Shown here in pieces: positions 24,076 to 35,500 of a DNA stretch of 64,000 nucleotides (position 1 is its first letter; each line of letters opens with the position of its first letter). Origin of the DNA: Amoebophrya sp. A120 (taxonomy: Eukaryota; Protista; Dinoflagellata); assembly GCA_905178155.1 (NCBI GenBank), contig CAJINV010000003.1, positions 2,065,065 through 2,129,064 of the forward strand, written 5' to 3'. The notes below the pieces were generated by a model. That model saw only the letters and a list, made by a program, of their open reading frames with translations, was not told the origin of the DNA and ran no database searches. The position numbers and the translations under genes are program-made.

Positions 24076-27000
24076 CTAGAACCCGCCGGCTTGATTCATC
24101 GTAAATGAACCCGAAGTCTGCAAGGCGCTCAAGAAACCTTTAATTCTTCGCTGCAAGGCACCGCCCTGCTCCACACTAGTAGAAGTTGTAGTACCTTTAT
24201 ATGAGTAAGTTTGCACTAACAGCATAGTACGTACCCATATCGTCGAGGTCAGAGTCGGACTCGGAGCGAGGGGGAGCTGGGCGACTTTTTCAATAATAAA
24301 AAGCCGCTTAGGTAGCTAGTGTCGTCCAACGGGAGACATAGAATTCGAATTGCCTGTCATAAATGTAAAGGTTACTAGGCAAAAAGGACAAAACGAAAAG
24401 AAAATACACCTAGGGGGCAAAGCCCCGAAGTTAGTACGCAGATGAACCGTCAACGTCTATTCAATCTTCAAACTCTATCGTTCACTCTTTCCGGCCTTCA
24501 TCGTCTAGATGAAAAAGGACCCTGCCTGCACTATGGTGAAGTCACCCGAGGTCATTAAGGCACAAAAAAAGCCTTTTGCCTTCGCCAAGGACTGGCCCAA
24601 AATAGTACCTGCGCGCTCCTCCTGCCCGCCAGCGGACTCCAGCAAGGCCGTGGCCGCAAGCGCCGCAGCCGGTTTCTCCGCCGCCGTATGGAAGTGTCAG
24701 AATCGAAATCGACAAAGTTAAAAAATTTGTCATGCTAAACCGACCGAAACCAGTACACAACCCGTAATGGCATGGTCACCTTACCGCAGATACGCAATGC
24801 ATAAAGCGCAATGCCCAAACTACCTGTAATTCATCCAAGGCACGCAAGTGAGGGCAATCGTCAGCCTGTTTGGGGTTGGAGAGTGAGCTGCTGAAGTAGC
24901 ACGACAGAGGCGCCCACTTTTGCACAAACACCATGACAAACTGGACTCCGGTTCTCGGAAAATTTGTCATGCCCCGCTGGGAAATTGGGCTCCCAACTGG
25001 CATCGATTTTGTGCATCACAAATTTTTCAACTTTGTCTATTTCGATCTTCCCGACACTCCCGTACGCCCTGGCCTGGACGTAGTCCGCACCCGCGCTGGC
25101 TGGGGGCTTGCCGCTGCAGGGGCACACGTTGGGCATATGAGAGTGCATACCTCCCCCTCCCGCTCATTTGAAGGCGGCGGGCCATGAACAGCAACACAAG
25201 CAACAGCACAAAAGGGGCTTCCGCATGATAAATCTGCGCGCGCATTGTAATACTGTTTAAGGTTCCAAAATTCGTCATGCAAGTAGTGCCTATGATGAAC
25301 GAGGAAGGTGCGAGTTTGGTATTTTGCATTGCAAGTGAGGGGGAAGGGGAGTTATGCACTCTCATAGGGCACGTATCACGAGAAAAAACTGTTACAGTTA
25401 CGCATTTGTTGGAGTTTCTGCATCACAAATTTTCCCTGTGTGGCAGAGTGATGCGAAGATCATAAGGGAAAACAGGAAGGAAACGAGGCTCCCAAGCATT
25501 TGCTGCATGAGAAAGGTTGTCTGTGTTGCCGGTCTTGCAACGCAATGTGTAACTGTAACACTTTTTTCTTGCCATAGCACGGCTTCGGTGCACAGTGGGA
25601 TGGAGGAGACTGGCAAGCCTTGGCTTTTATGGAACTGTCAGGATCGAACTTGACAAAGTCGAAATAAAATTTGTGATGCATAAAATGCATGCCGCGAAAT
25701 ACGTGTGTTGCAGAGCAGGCAAGCGAGGCCGATTGTGAGCCTGTTTGGGGTTATAGCTCGAGCTGCTACAGCAGCATGAGAGAATCAGTCTTCTTTGCCT
25801 AAACAGCATTACAAACTGGATTTAGGCACCACCAGAATTTGTCATGCGCCACTTAGAAACTGGGTTCGAACTGGAATCCATTTTATGCATGACAAATGAT
25901 TTCGATTTTGTTAATTTCGATTCTGACACTTCCATAGCTCTTCAAGAATTCGTATCCGAGTGCACAACTCCCGCAGCTCGCCTCCCTCAGATGGATCATG
26001 TACAACACAAGGGCTGGCAAAGAGAAAGATGCAGCGTTTTTTACGTCAGACATTCACGACCGCTTCTCGTGGTGTTTCGGCTTCCACATGTTGAACCTCC
26101 TGTCATGCAAGCAGTGCCAAAAGGAATGGCCGGGTGGATTAGGATTTGGTCCTGATTTTGCGTGACAAATGGAGGGGGCGGGGAGCAGTAGTTGTGCACT
26201 CTCATAATTCGATCCGCGCATTCAAAACCGGATTCCCCGCCGCGGGGTCGGGGGACAAGTATGCATTGCAAAAGTGTCGTACTGGTAGTAATTGCATTGT
26301 GCCTTTCGCTTTTCGCATTTTTCGCAAGAATGACAATGGAATATCATGTTACAATATGAAGACTCAGCTACGAAAGCAAACCTGTAACTATGCAGTGTTG
26401 CCATTTCTACGTAAGTAGGTGCGATACTTTTGCGGAGGATAATACGCCCGCGTTGACGATTTCCTGGACGGTAAACTCGTGCGCCACGCAATCGACGGTA
26501 CGTTCCACCGCGGTGGGGGCTTCCTCCCCGGGTGTCGGTGCCGTATGCGGTGCAAATATCCCTGGATGTCTGGAAAGTTGTGATGCTCTGCTGTGCATGT
26601 TGATGGACATGCTTTCTTCACTTTCACATCTAGCCGAGCATGACCAGTTTCGCGAACGCTTTGTTCTCGTCCTACGCAGTCCGCATAAAAAGCTGCGCTT
26701 TTGTAAAATGACGAATGAGGCTCCGATTTTTGTCGCCGGTCAACATGCAGCACAAATTTCACAAGCAACATGTAAGACCAGCACTACAGGTTCCAACTTT
26801 CCAGACCCACGCATAGTTGCATTTGATATGCCGGTGTGGGGGACGACATCGCACACACCGTGACCTGCGGAGCATCCCTTCCCAGACTCAGCGCATCATT
26901 TTGGAAGGCCAGTGCGCGGTGCTGGGTCGCTGATTTAGAAGTTGTAGTACTTCTAGTAGAGTGCTGTTGCTCTTCTTTTGTATAATTTTCTTCTTGTTCT

Positions 27001-28481
27001 TATCAAACATACAAAGACGTCGGACAGTACGCGAAATTCAACCCTTTGAGAGAGACACCACACAGTTCTTTATAGACATCAACAGATGAAGCCGTATTAA
27101 AATCAATTTCTATCGAAAATAGTAAGTCTAAGTAAGTACAATCTTTCCCGCTGGCCGAGGTCGTCGCTGACATCTGGTTCATCAGCAGAGCGTCACCTTT
27201 TTTCTCGGGCGTCATCACCTGCGCTAAATCTAAGGTCATTCCCCCCTTGACGGAGAGATGCTTCTATCAAATGTAAAAATGTCTGGGTCTGGAAGATTGC
27301 CATGTTTGTCATGCGCATTTTGCATGACTCCTGATGTCTGTGATGCATGCCCTAGCATCACAGAATTTGTGAGGTCTTCCTGATGCCTATACCGCATGAC
27401 AAATGCTCTTTCCGTGTAGCAACTTGGACTCTCTTTGCTGCTCATGCAATGCAGATTTTTTTAGAATCCAAAATCAGCATGACAAGTTGGATTCTTCCAG
27501 ACCCAGACATTTTTACAGTTGATAGCTTCTCGAAATTGGCGAAATCCATGCAGCACAATTGCTCGAAGCTCATTTCTCTGGTGCATATGGAAGTGTCAGA
27601 ATCGAAAGTGACAAAATCGAAAAATTTGTGATGCATAAAATCGATACCAGTTGGAGCCTCAGTTTGCAAGCGGCGCATGACAAGTTTCGGGATCACCCAA
27701 ATACAGTCTGTTTACGATCGGTCTCATTTTCCTGCTCCCCAATACAGGCCTCCAGTGCCCTACGTTTTACGCATCGCAAATTTGTCAATTTTGTGGATTT
27801 CGATTCTGACACATCCATAGTGCACTTCATGTTGTTACTGGCCTTCACGCCGGCGAGCTTCTGCTCTTCCGTCGGAGGCTCGAACTGGTGCCCCTCGCAA
27901 AGTGACCAAACTCGCCCGGTGACCGGGGGAGTCTTGAAGGCAGCGCATTGCGGAGATGCAGATCCCGTGGTACTGTTCCCCGGCGGTGCGGGCCCAAGTC
28001 GCGCCGGCCTTGTTGTGCAAATTTGCTTCCAGATAAAATTGTAGCTCTGCGTGCCGTAGGCGATAGGGACGAAACCAGTTGTACGGCACTCGCGCTGCGA
28101 AAAGCGCTTTGCCAAGCAAGGACGGCGACAAAAAACGACGCTCGCATCTTTTCTTTTACTGCTCACGCACAATAATGCACTGGAGGCACTCACACCAAGA
28201 ATGCTCAGTTCAAGAAAATAACCTGTCCCTGTCCACCTCGGATATGAGTGCCAGAGTAAGAGTTGTAGATCACAATAACGATAACAACATCTGCCTCTGC
28301 GGCTTAAATTGCATACCGATGCCGAAAGCAGAGAGATGAACTGAGATGAACACACTGCCGGCTGCGCTTCCGCGTATCTTTTGTCTTCAAGCATGACTCC
28401 GACTCGACAAGGCCCGACTTCAAAGAACTCCAACCGGACTCGTAGAAAAACCTCGCTTCCAAGATTGATAGACCACATCAT
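24076..28481 (-). CDS. Cys-rich protein of unknown function split into micro-exons by 9 introners plus canonical introns (5' end uncertain)
   Basis: Stop-free reconstruction: ...ASNNMKCT|REMSFEQLCCMDFANFEK|HLSVKGGMTLDL...CPTSLY|VTVCAMSSPTPA|PTPGEE...IVNAG|VSPDPAAGNPVLNARIE|FLKS|QGLPVSSIPLCTEA|V|PNVCPCSGKPPASAGADYVQARA|AEKPAAALAATALLESAGGQEERA|APPRSESDSDLDDM|GTTT...TSGSFTMNQAGGF*. Inferred GT-AG introns at 26865-27008, 24277-24608 and 24195-24234. Confidence 0.75.
24687..25064. mobile_element. Introner/MITE, family D
   Basis: TIR tatggaagtgtcagaatcgaaatcgacaaagtt / aactttgtctatttcgatcttcccgacactcccgta; TSD cgccg/cgccc. Confidence 0.85.
25136..25366. mobile_element. Introner/MITE, family E
   Basis: TIR tatgagagtgcata(c/a)ctcccc; perfect TSD gggca. 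Confidence 0.9.
25374..25576. mobile_element. Introner/MITE, family A
   Basis: TIR tatcacgagaaaaaactgttacagttac / gtaactgtaacacttttttcttgccata; perfect TSD gcacg. Interior is the inverse of 35357-35619. Confidence 0.9.
25628..25936. mobile_element. Introner/MITE, family D
   Basis: TIR tatggaactgtcaggatcgaa / ttcgattctgacacttccata; TSD gcttt/gctct. Confidence 0.88.
25953..26206. mobile_element. Introner/MITE, family E
   Basis: TIR tatccgagtgcacaact / agttgtgcactctcata; perfect TSD attcg. Confidence 0.88.
26260..26441. mobile_element. Introner/MITE, B-like short copy
   Basis: TIR tatgcattgcaaaagtgtcg / cgatacttttgcggaggata; TSD acaag/atacg (3/5). Removal restores the frame. Confidence 0.7.
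26544..26828. mobile_element. Introner/MITE, family B
   Basis: Left tatgcggtgcaaatatccctggatgtctggaaagttg, right caactttccagacccacgcatagttgcatttgata; perfect TSD tgccg. Confidence 0.85.
27265..27524. mobile_element. Introner/MITE, family B
   Basis: TIR tatcaaatgtaaaaatgtctgggtctggaaga / tcttccagacccagacatttttacagttgata; perfect TSD gcttc. Confidence 0.92.
27586..27819. mobile_element. Introner/MITE, family D
   Basis: TIR tatggaagtgtcagaatcgaaa / tttcgattctgacacatccata; perfect TSD gtgca. Interior is inverted relative to 24687-25064. Confidence 0.9.
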
Positions 28482-29088
28482 GATAGCTTACTTTATGTTC
28501 TTATTCCAATCCCATCGCATTTCTTCATTCATCCGAGAAGGCGACTAAACATAGCCAACATATTGGTTAAGCAACATCCAAAAGGAGAAAAGAAAGGAAC
28601 AGAGAGCCTCCGAGTCCGCATGACATGCGACTGAAGATCGGAGCTCTCCCCTCGTCGGCCTCCATCTTCACGTTGAAGTGAATTGCTCCGCGTGAACCCG
28701 GACAACACACCTTTGGCTTTGACCATCACCATTTTCTATCACCGCATAGCCGAACGCCCAGCCTGGATTTCGTTGGCGAAGCTCTGCAGAACCCACTCTT
28801 GACTGACGTTCATCTCGTGATTCAGGTACAGAACGTCTGACCGCAGTAGCAGGTACTGCTGCTTTAATAACTTTACCTTGTGTAGTAAGTATTCATGGGC
28901 GTTCCAGTTCCAGCATACCAACAGAAAAACTGAAGTAATGCGTTCCTCGTTCGTGCGGAATCCAAATCGAGATCTCGCACCAGGAAAAGCTATTGTGGCA
29001 ACAAAACTGCTCGACCTCGACGCGCGCGTCGAAGAGTGTGAGTGAACTACTTTTAGCGCATTAGAAGGAGGCATCTATATTCAGCGAA

Positions 29089-30564
29089 CTAATGTCTCAC
29101 AGTCACAGCTTGTAGCTTAGGTACCTTTTGCATCATTTCGAAGAGAGCTTCCGTTTTCGGAGCGGCCGCCTTCCCATTGGCAGCAGGGGTCGTGTCTTTC
29201 CGCGGCTGTGGTGCTGGTCGCGCGGCCAGTAGTACGTTGCTAGGAAGCTGCACATTCTGCAAGGCCAAGAGCGCTTTCGCAATCGAAAGTTGCTCCCTCA
29301 GGTCTGCGTTCTCCCGCTTGGTCTTCTGCACCTCGTTGTAAAATTCATCCAGCGCCACGGCATTCTTATACTTATTTCCAGTCATGCTTTTTTGTTCATC
29401 CGCCATCTCCACGTCTCCATTCATCTGCTCCGTCTTATTTCTAGAAGTACCACAGTGCAGCTGCCGCAAGTATTCCAGCTCGGCTCCGAGTTGTTGCGAC
29501 ATGGCAGACATGCGGTCTTGGTTCTGCAGCTCGTCAACCGACACATTTTTAAAGTCGCCTGTAGTATTTTGGGTCGGACCGCGTCCGGCTCCTGTGCAGC
29601 CCTGCTGATGATCTCCGCGCCGTTTGTTGCCCCTACTGGAAGCCGCTGCGTTGCGGGAGGATCCTGCTCCCCTGCTTGATGTAGTTGCAGAAGAAGCTAT
29701 AGCTACCCCACTCGAGGAGCCTATGGAAGACTTTTTGTTTGTCGGTTCGTTGTGACCTCCCGACAAGGAATCCTTTGTAGTTAGCGACTCAGCTGCAGCC
29801 GCGCCACGTGTGGTCGCTGCACTGGGATGTTGCGAGCCCACAGAACCAGAACTACACTCTGGTCCTGCTCTTTCAGAGAACTTCGTGTCTGATTTCCCGC
29901 CCAAGGACTTGTTTTCAGAAATTCGAGAACGCATACTCCCTGACGGGGTCGGCGTCAGACCGGTGGACTGCGGGTAGTCCATATTAGCACCAGGCTTCTC
30001 TTCTTGCAGTCTGCTTTTAATCTTATTCTTACCTTCTTCATCGACAAGAACGACCCGCTCTGAGGTACTAGTAGAGTTAGATCTGGTGGTCTGGTCCGCG
30101 GCAAAGAGGCTGTCGATGTGAAGATCTGCTCTCTTTTCCGATTTCTCTCTACTAGGTCCTTGCTGCATGATTGAGACACCTGCTGTTCCGACCTGCAGCG
30201 ACGCCTGCTTTGAAAATTCTTTTTTCACGCCTGGATGAGCTGCAGTCGAGCGTTTGTTTTTAGTTGTACTAGCGGTCGTTGCTGCCGAATGGTCCGCAAA
30301 GAAAGCCTCGTCGACGACATCATCAGATGATGATGCTCCACCTGCCGTCGGGGTTGTTGTCCTATTCATGTGTGCCGTCGTGAAGGGCGGCTCCATAACA
30401 CTTTTCTTTTGATATGTCTCCTGTTCCACAAGTGCCGACTTTTTGATATTACCGGCTGTACCATCAGTCGCAAAAGTTGAACTCGCGCCAGCTCGTTCAG
30501 AAGACGAGCCTTTCATCTTCGCGCTGGTGACTTCATCACACGAATCTCTGCTCTTGTCGGCCAT
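29089..30564 (-). CDS. 491-aa Ser/Thr-rich disordered protein with C-terminal coiled coil, function unknown
   Basis: Intact ATG-to-stop ORF; coiled coil EFYNEVQKTKRENADLREQLSIAKALL. Confidence 0.65.
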   Translation of the reverse strand: MADKSRDSCDEVTSAKMKGSSSERAGASSTFATDGTAGNIKKSALVEQETYQKKSVMEPPFTTAHMNRTTTPTAGGASSSDDVVDEAFFADHSAATTASTTKNKRSTAAHPGVKKEFSKQASLQVGTAGVSIMQQGPSREKSEKRADLHIDSLFAADQTTRSNSTSTSERVVLVDEEGKNKIKSRLQEEKPGANMDYPQSTGLTPTPSGSMRSRISENKSLGGKSDTKFSERAGPECSSGSVGSQHPSAATTRGAAAAESLTTKDSLSGGHNEPTNKKSSIGSSSGVAIASSATTSSRGAGSSRNAAASSRGNKRRGDHQQGCTGAGRGPTQNTTGDFKNVSVDELQNQDRMSAMSQQLGAELEYLRQLHCGTSRNKTEQMNGDVEMADEQKSMTGNKYKNAVALDEFYNEVQKTKRENADLREQLSIAKALLALQNVQLPSNVLLAARPAPQPRKDTTPAANGKAAAPKTEALFEMMQKVPKLQAVTVRH

Positions 30565-30785
30565 TTCGTGGTCGGTTTGACTTCTTCTTGACCACCAAAA
30601 TTTGCCTTTTCGTACATGACAAGACCGCCAATGATAATCTTGAATCTTGTCGTTGCAATAGATACTAAAACTTTGAAGAAGTAGGATCCGTTTCCGTTAA
30701 CGACAAAGCTGCATTACTACGCAGTAAGTACTTTCGCTTGAAATGTTGATCGCAGCGAAGTGTTGTCTTGGAATGCGACTCCTTG

Positions 30786-30834
30786 GATCGGATCGCAAAC
30801 AAAACACAACTTGTGTTTTGTTTGCGATCCGATC
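30786..30834. repeat. Perfect 24-bp inverted repeat with 1-nt spacer
   Basis: gatcggatcgcaaacaaaacacaa-c-ttgtgttttgtttgcgatccgatc. Confidence 0.95.
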
Positions 30835-32515
30835 ATTCATTACAACCATAACGGGGGGTCTGTACTAAACTTTTCAAGGCACAAGAAACGAGATCAGAAA
30901 TGAAAAATCTCCTGCGAACAAGCTCGTCACGAACAACACCGACATTTTTCATCTCGTGCCGCCGCCACCGCCAACAAAAATTCTCAAAAGGGAACACTTC
31001 CACACGCTTATTTTGAGCGTCAGAGAATAAGGACCCTGATATCATACCCAGAATCTCACTCTTCGACATACTATTTCTATTTCATTTTTTCTTCAGTCTT
31101 TGCCGAAAAGAAAACTACATACTCGCTCGTCTTGAAAGGCAAACTGTGAATACGAACGTGTCTACTTGTGTAGGCTGGAGTCGTGCAGCAGTCAGCCAAA
31201 ATTACATGAGGAAGTCTTTCACTTTTGTTTTTCATCGTTCTTGCAATTACAGAAAAATGATCAACAGCCTAACTCTGCGGAACTGCAACAAAGAGATGCA
31301 TTTACCGCTAAAGGTCTACGTCTAGACCTAGAAATTCTGTGCACCTCTACGTAAAACATAGTTTGCAAGGTATGTTCTTTGTAAGTCCTCACGACCGCTA
31401 GAAGTGCTTTTGCAAAATCTAATCAATGAAAATTTTATTTCCAAGGTATATCAAAGCACCACTGCAAATTTTTATAGATAGACAGAACTAAAACTGAGAT
31501 AATCAACATCTTTGGCGCTCTTACGACTTTTCTGGATTTGTGCGGACAACTTGGTCGACTTTACCCGTGGTAGCCACTGCGGGTAAGAAATGCTACTATA
31601 TTGAAAAATAAAGTCCCAAAGGGAAGTTTGAGTAGAGCACTGTAGGAAGGCGAACTGAGCTGTATTTGAAGTCCTGCCATGTTTGTACAACTTAAGTAAA
31701 ATCTCAGATGGCAATTTTAATTTTTGCTCTGGCTCAAAGAGAACTCAACTGCGAGGTTTCTTTCCAAAGCACATCCTCGGATGAAGTAGACGACATTAAA
31801 AATGCAGAGAAAACTTCATATTTTATCTTTCGAGACGTTCACGCATACCTACATAAAAAACAAGAATGTCTTCCTCACAAAGCTGATTCGTCTAGCAGCC
31901 TGACTTCTTCGTCGTCTTCTCGAGTACAGGCGGAAAAAAAAACTTTGTTTTTTTGAACACAATGATACTGCACAGGATGAGTTTTTGATTACATGTAATT
32001 CCTGGTACATGTTACAACAGGCCGACCCGATTACAAACAAGTTTAAAAGCACGGCCTCCATCCAAATCAATCGGCACTTCGAAAAAATCATGATCATCTT
32101 GAAAAAGATTCGTTATCCTTTTAATTCATCATTGTCTTTTTTTTTAATGCTTCATGAGGTTGAAACCGACCAGATCGGTTGCTCTAATTCCAAATTCAAA
32201 TGAACAGATTGATTGATGCATAGAAGAATGCAATTGCTGGTTGTATGCAAACACAAATAAACAAAATGGAGACCTGTTACAGTATGAAAAGAGAGTTTGC
32301 TGAAAAAGGAAGCAATGGCGATTAGTTTGCCGTCTAGTCGCTCTCGCTTTTGTGTAAGTAGAATAAGAAAGTACTCACTGCATCAATCGCGCGCTGGTGA
32401 TCATACATTCAAATGGAAACAACTACAACATCAAACAAACTATAAAATTAAGTAGTAGCTTGCATCATGAGTACTATGCCACATCGACTTCCTTTCGCAG
32501 AGGACGCAAATAAAG

Positions 32516-35500
32516 CTAATACCTTAGCAAAGTGTCGATTCGATCCACAACATCTTCGACCAGTAGTACGCTAGACTCGTCACTGCCCCGACTGCGGTGG
32601 ATCTTTTCCCGCGCGACTCGCAAGGAGAGTGCGGCCTTCCGTACTTGTCGCCTGATGAGAGCCCGTTCGGACGACTCGGCCACCTGATCCAACTGCGTGA
32701 CGATCCGGCACAAATTCTTCGTGTGCTTTTTATGCTCCGACTGGCTCTCGCGGGTACCTGGGCTGTTGGCCAGTAACTCGTCCAGGGTTACCACAAGCGT
32801 CCGGAAAGAGGCCTCCGCGTTGTCGCGCACACCCAACAAAGTCGTCGTCGCCACAGTGGCGGGGCGGCGCCGCAGCTCCTCGGCGCGCTCTTGTACTTCT
32901 TGTTGTGTGGAAGATTTATTCTGGTTCGCAGCACCGATGAACAACCCCTGCTGGCCGCCTTTCACAGTAGAAATTTTCCTCTTGATCGGACTTTTTACGT
33001 GGTCAACACCTGACGACGTACTAGCAGGAGTTGTCACAGCACCCTTCAATACGTGACTCGTAGAAGTTGTACTGCTCTCTCCACCTGCTACTCCGTCGTC
33101 TTCTGCCTGTGACAGTGAATCGACGAAATCCGGATAATAACAGTAGGGCGGAGGCGTATACCCCACTTTCCGGCTTCGCGGCGAGACCGCGGCCGCTTGG
33201 GCCGCTGCATTGCTCCGAATCGTTGGCGTGTTCGGACCTGGGGAAGGAGGCGGCTTTGTTCCCACGTAGCGCAAAGTTGAACTGGAGCCGTTGCTTTGCC
33301 GCAGCTTATCAATGATGGAAGAAGTCCGGAACGGAGGAGTTTTTGGCACGGCGACAGCATTCAGGTTCGTGGACGTCGACCCAGCACCACTTTTCGCTTG
33401 GGGGGTCGTAGAAGTTGCTGCTGGATCCTGTTTTTGCCTTGACGGAGTCGTCCCTGAAAACGCGGCCGGCTGCCGATTATTGGATGTCATGCTGGTCCTG
33501 TAGTTCTTTGCGCTCCCTGGTGGCCCTCCAATGCTGGTGCTAGCGGGCCGCGATTCTTTCACTTCATCTCGTGCAGAAGATCCGGTAGCACTTTCTGTAG
33601 TCTTCGTCTTGTTTGTGAACTTCTCTTCCATGAACTTGCCCTGCTTCGCCGCAGTGCTACTACTACCCGACTCAACACCCCCCGATTGCTGGATGAATAG
33701 ATTACGAACCAACAAGGCCTCCACTACCGCACTTGGGGTGGCGCCTGCGGGGATGCTCGTCGGTCGCCAGAACGCCTTGTTTGGCGTGCTCGCGACCGAA
33801 GCTTCGTCGACAAGCGTTGCGCCTAGGAAATTAGCTTTCATGGTACTACTCCCCTTGTCGTCGCTGAGGTGGTGGTAGTGCATGCAGGAAAACGACATGC
33901 CCTTCATCTTGGTCCGCTCCATCGGCTTCAGTCCGTTGAACGCCTTGGCGTGAGCATTGTGCCAAATCGGTGTAGGAGTCTGCTCCTTCGCCGGGTTATT
34001 GATATTTCGCTGCTGCTGCACTCCGCTAGATTTTGAAGATGGTGGTACAACATACGATGAGCTACTGCTACTGGCCGAGGACGAGGACGAGCCCGACCTC
34101 TTGTTTTCGTTCCCACTTGTCGCGGTGGTATCGGCATCGGACCCGTTCGTGCCGCCGCGGCGGGATGACGAAGAACTCCCAGGCGGCTGCTGATCCGCTT
34201 TTGAGCTAGAGCTAGGCACCGCTGTGCTTTCCGCAGTTTTTTTGGTACTAGTCGACGTTCCAGGACGAGCCGCAGCTCCACCTGCTACACTAATGTGCGA
34301 CCCGGAGCCACTCTTTGCGGCGGCCGGAGCTCCTGCTCCGGTTGAGGTGGTTCGGTTTTTGTTTATGCGCATCGCAGCCTCCATGATCGATGACGGCGAG
34401 CGAATCGGATTCGGATTGCCACTTCGGACCATCTGGTGGCCACTGTTAATACCAGCTCTGCCTCTTGGTGTTCCCGGAACTGCTTGTTGCTCCGTACTAT
34501 ATTGGTCTCCGGACGCTGCGGAGCTCAGGTTCGCCCGTCCTCCCGGATCGTCCCGATAGACCGCATAGACGGAATCCAACCCGAGTAACCGCCCGCACTC
34601 GGCGCTGATGCATTCCTGGGTGAGGAGCTGGAGCTTCCCGGCTCGCCGCGTGACGCCGCCTTGGCAAACGGTCTGGTTCAACTGCTTGAACCCCGCCTTG
34701 TTCCGATGCGTCTCGTACTTGGTCACCAGCAAAGCCACGTCCGTCAGAAGTCCCGTGACCAGCTCGCGGGTCGTAGCGGTCGAAAACGACAGATCTGGCG
34801 CGGAATTCACTTCGATTAGCCACAATTTTCCGCAATCGTCCACCATGAAGTCGAAGCCAAAGATCTCGAAGGAGTCCTCCCGGTGCGGAACCTTTTTCTG
34901 AACGGAGTGCAGGGAGATCCACAAATATTCCTTGATCTGCCTCAACAGATCGCTTCCGTCAATGCGCCCGTGCTCGTATTCCTGCAGATACTTCAAGAAT
35001 TGCTGGGAGCTCCACATGGTGTCGTCGATCCACTTCGTGGTGCTATTGTACGACGTACTAGAAGGCCCGGTGTTGAACGCGGTGATGTTACTAGAAGTGC
35101 CGCTGGTTGTTGTTCCACTATGCGCTGTTCCCCTGTTCGCTGGCGAGGTCGAGGAGTCTTTGTCGGGACACAGCTTTGTGACGGCGTTGTTGGTCAGGTG
35201 TATGTAGGGGTCGCAGCTGTTCGGGTCGAAGTCGCGTGCACCGAACCGCAGGTAAAAGTCTTCGTACATCCAAGCTCGCAAGCAGCGGCTGCCCGTGCTC
35301 TCCCAATTCGTAACGACCACCCATTGGCGGATGTCGAACTTCCTTCGCCCGATGACTATGCAAAGAAAAAAGTGCTACAGTTACGAACGCATCAGTGTGT
35401 TGCAGCACCGGCAAGAGGACAGACAACCTTTGTCATGCGCGAAATCTTCGAATGCTTTATTTGGGCCACGTTTTATACGTGTTCTGCTATAAGATCCATT

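Noticed and set aside
24509-24721. Plus-strand 70-aa ORF as the host gene of element 24687
   Set aside because: After element removal the plus frame hits TAG within 4 codons, while the minus frame stays open across all nine elements.
27236-27696. Small mutually similar ORFs (e.g. LPDPDIFTFD at 20832..21212, 27236..27445, 27383..27631) as a peptide family
   Set aside because: They are incidental translations of family-B/D TIRs and are not coding.
24687-27819. CRISPR-like repeat-spacer array
   Set aside because: The repeats are inverted pairs bounding 180-380 bp elements with TSDs, not regular direct repeats. The context is eukaryotic and there are no cas genes.
31100-32250. AT-rich stretch with coding-like fragments and several in-frame TGA (recoding or selenoprotein idea given the nearby PSTK)
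   Set aside because: TAA stops also occur, no consistent frame or homology is visible, and no SECIS could be supported.
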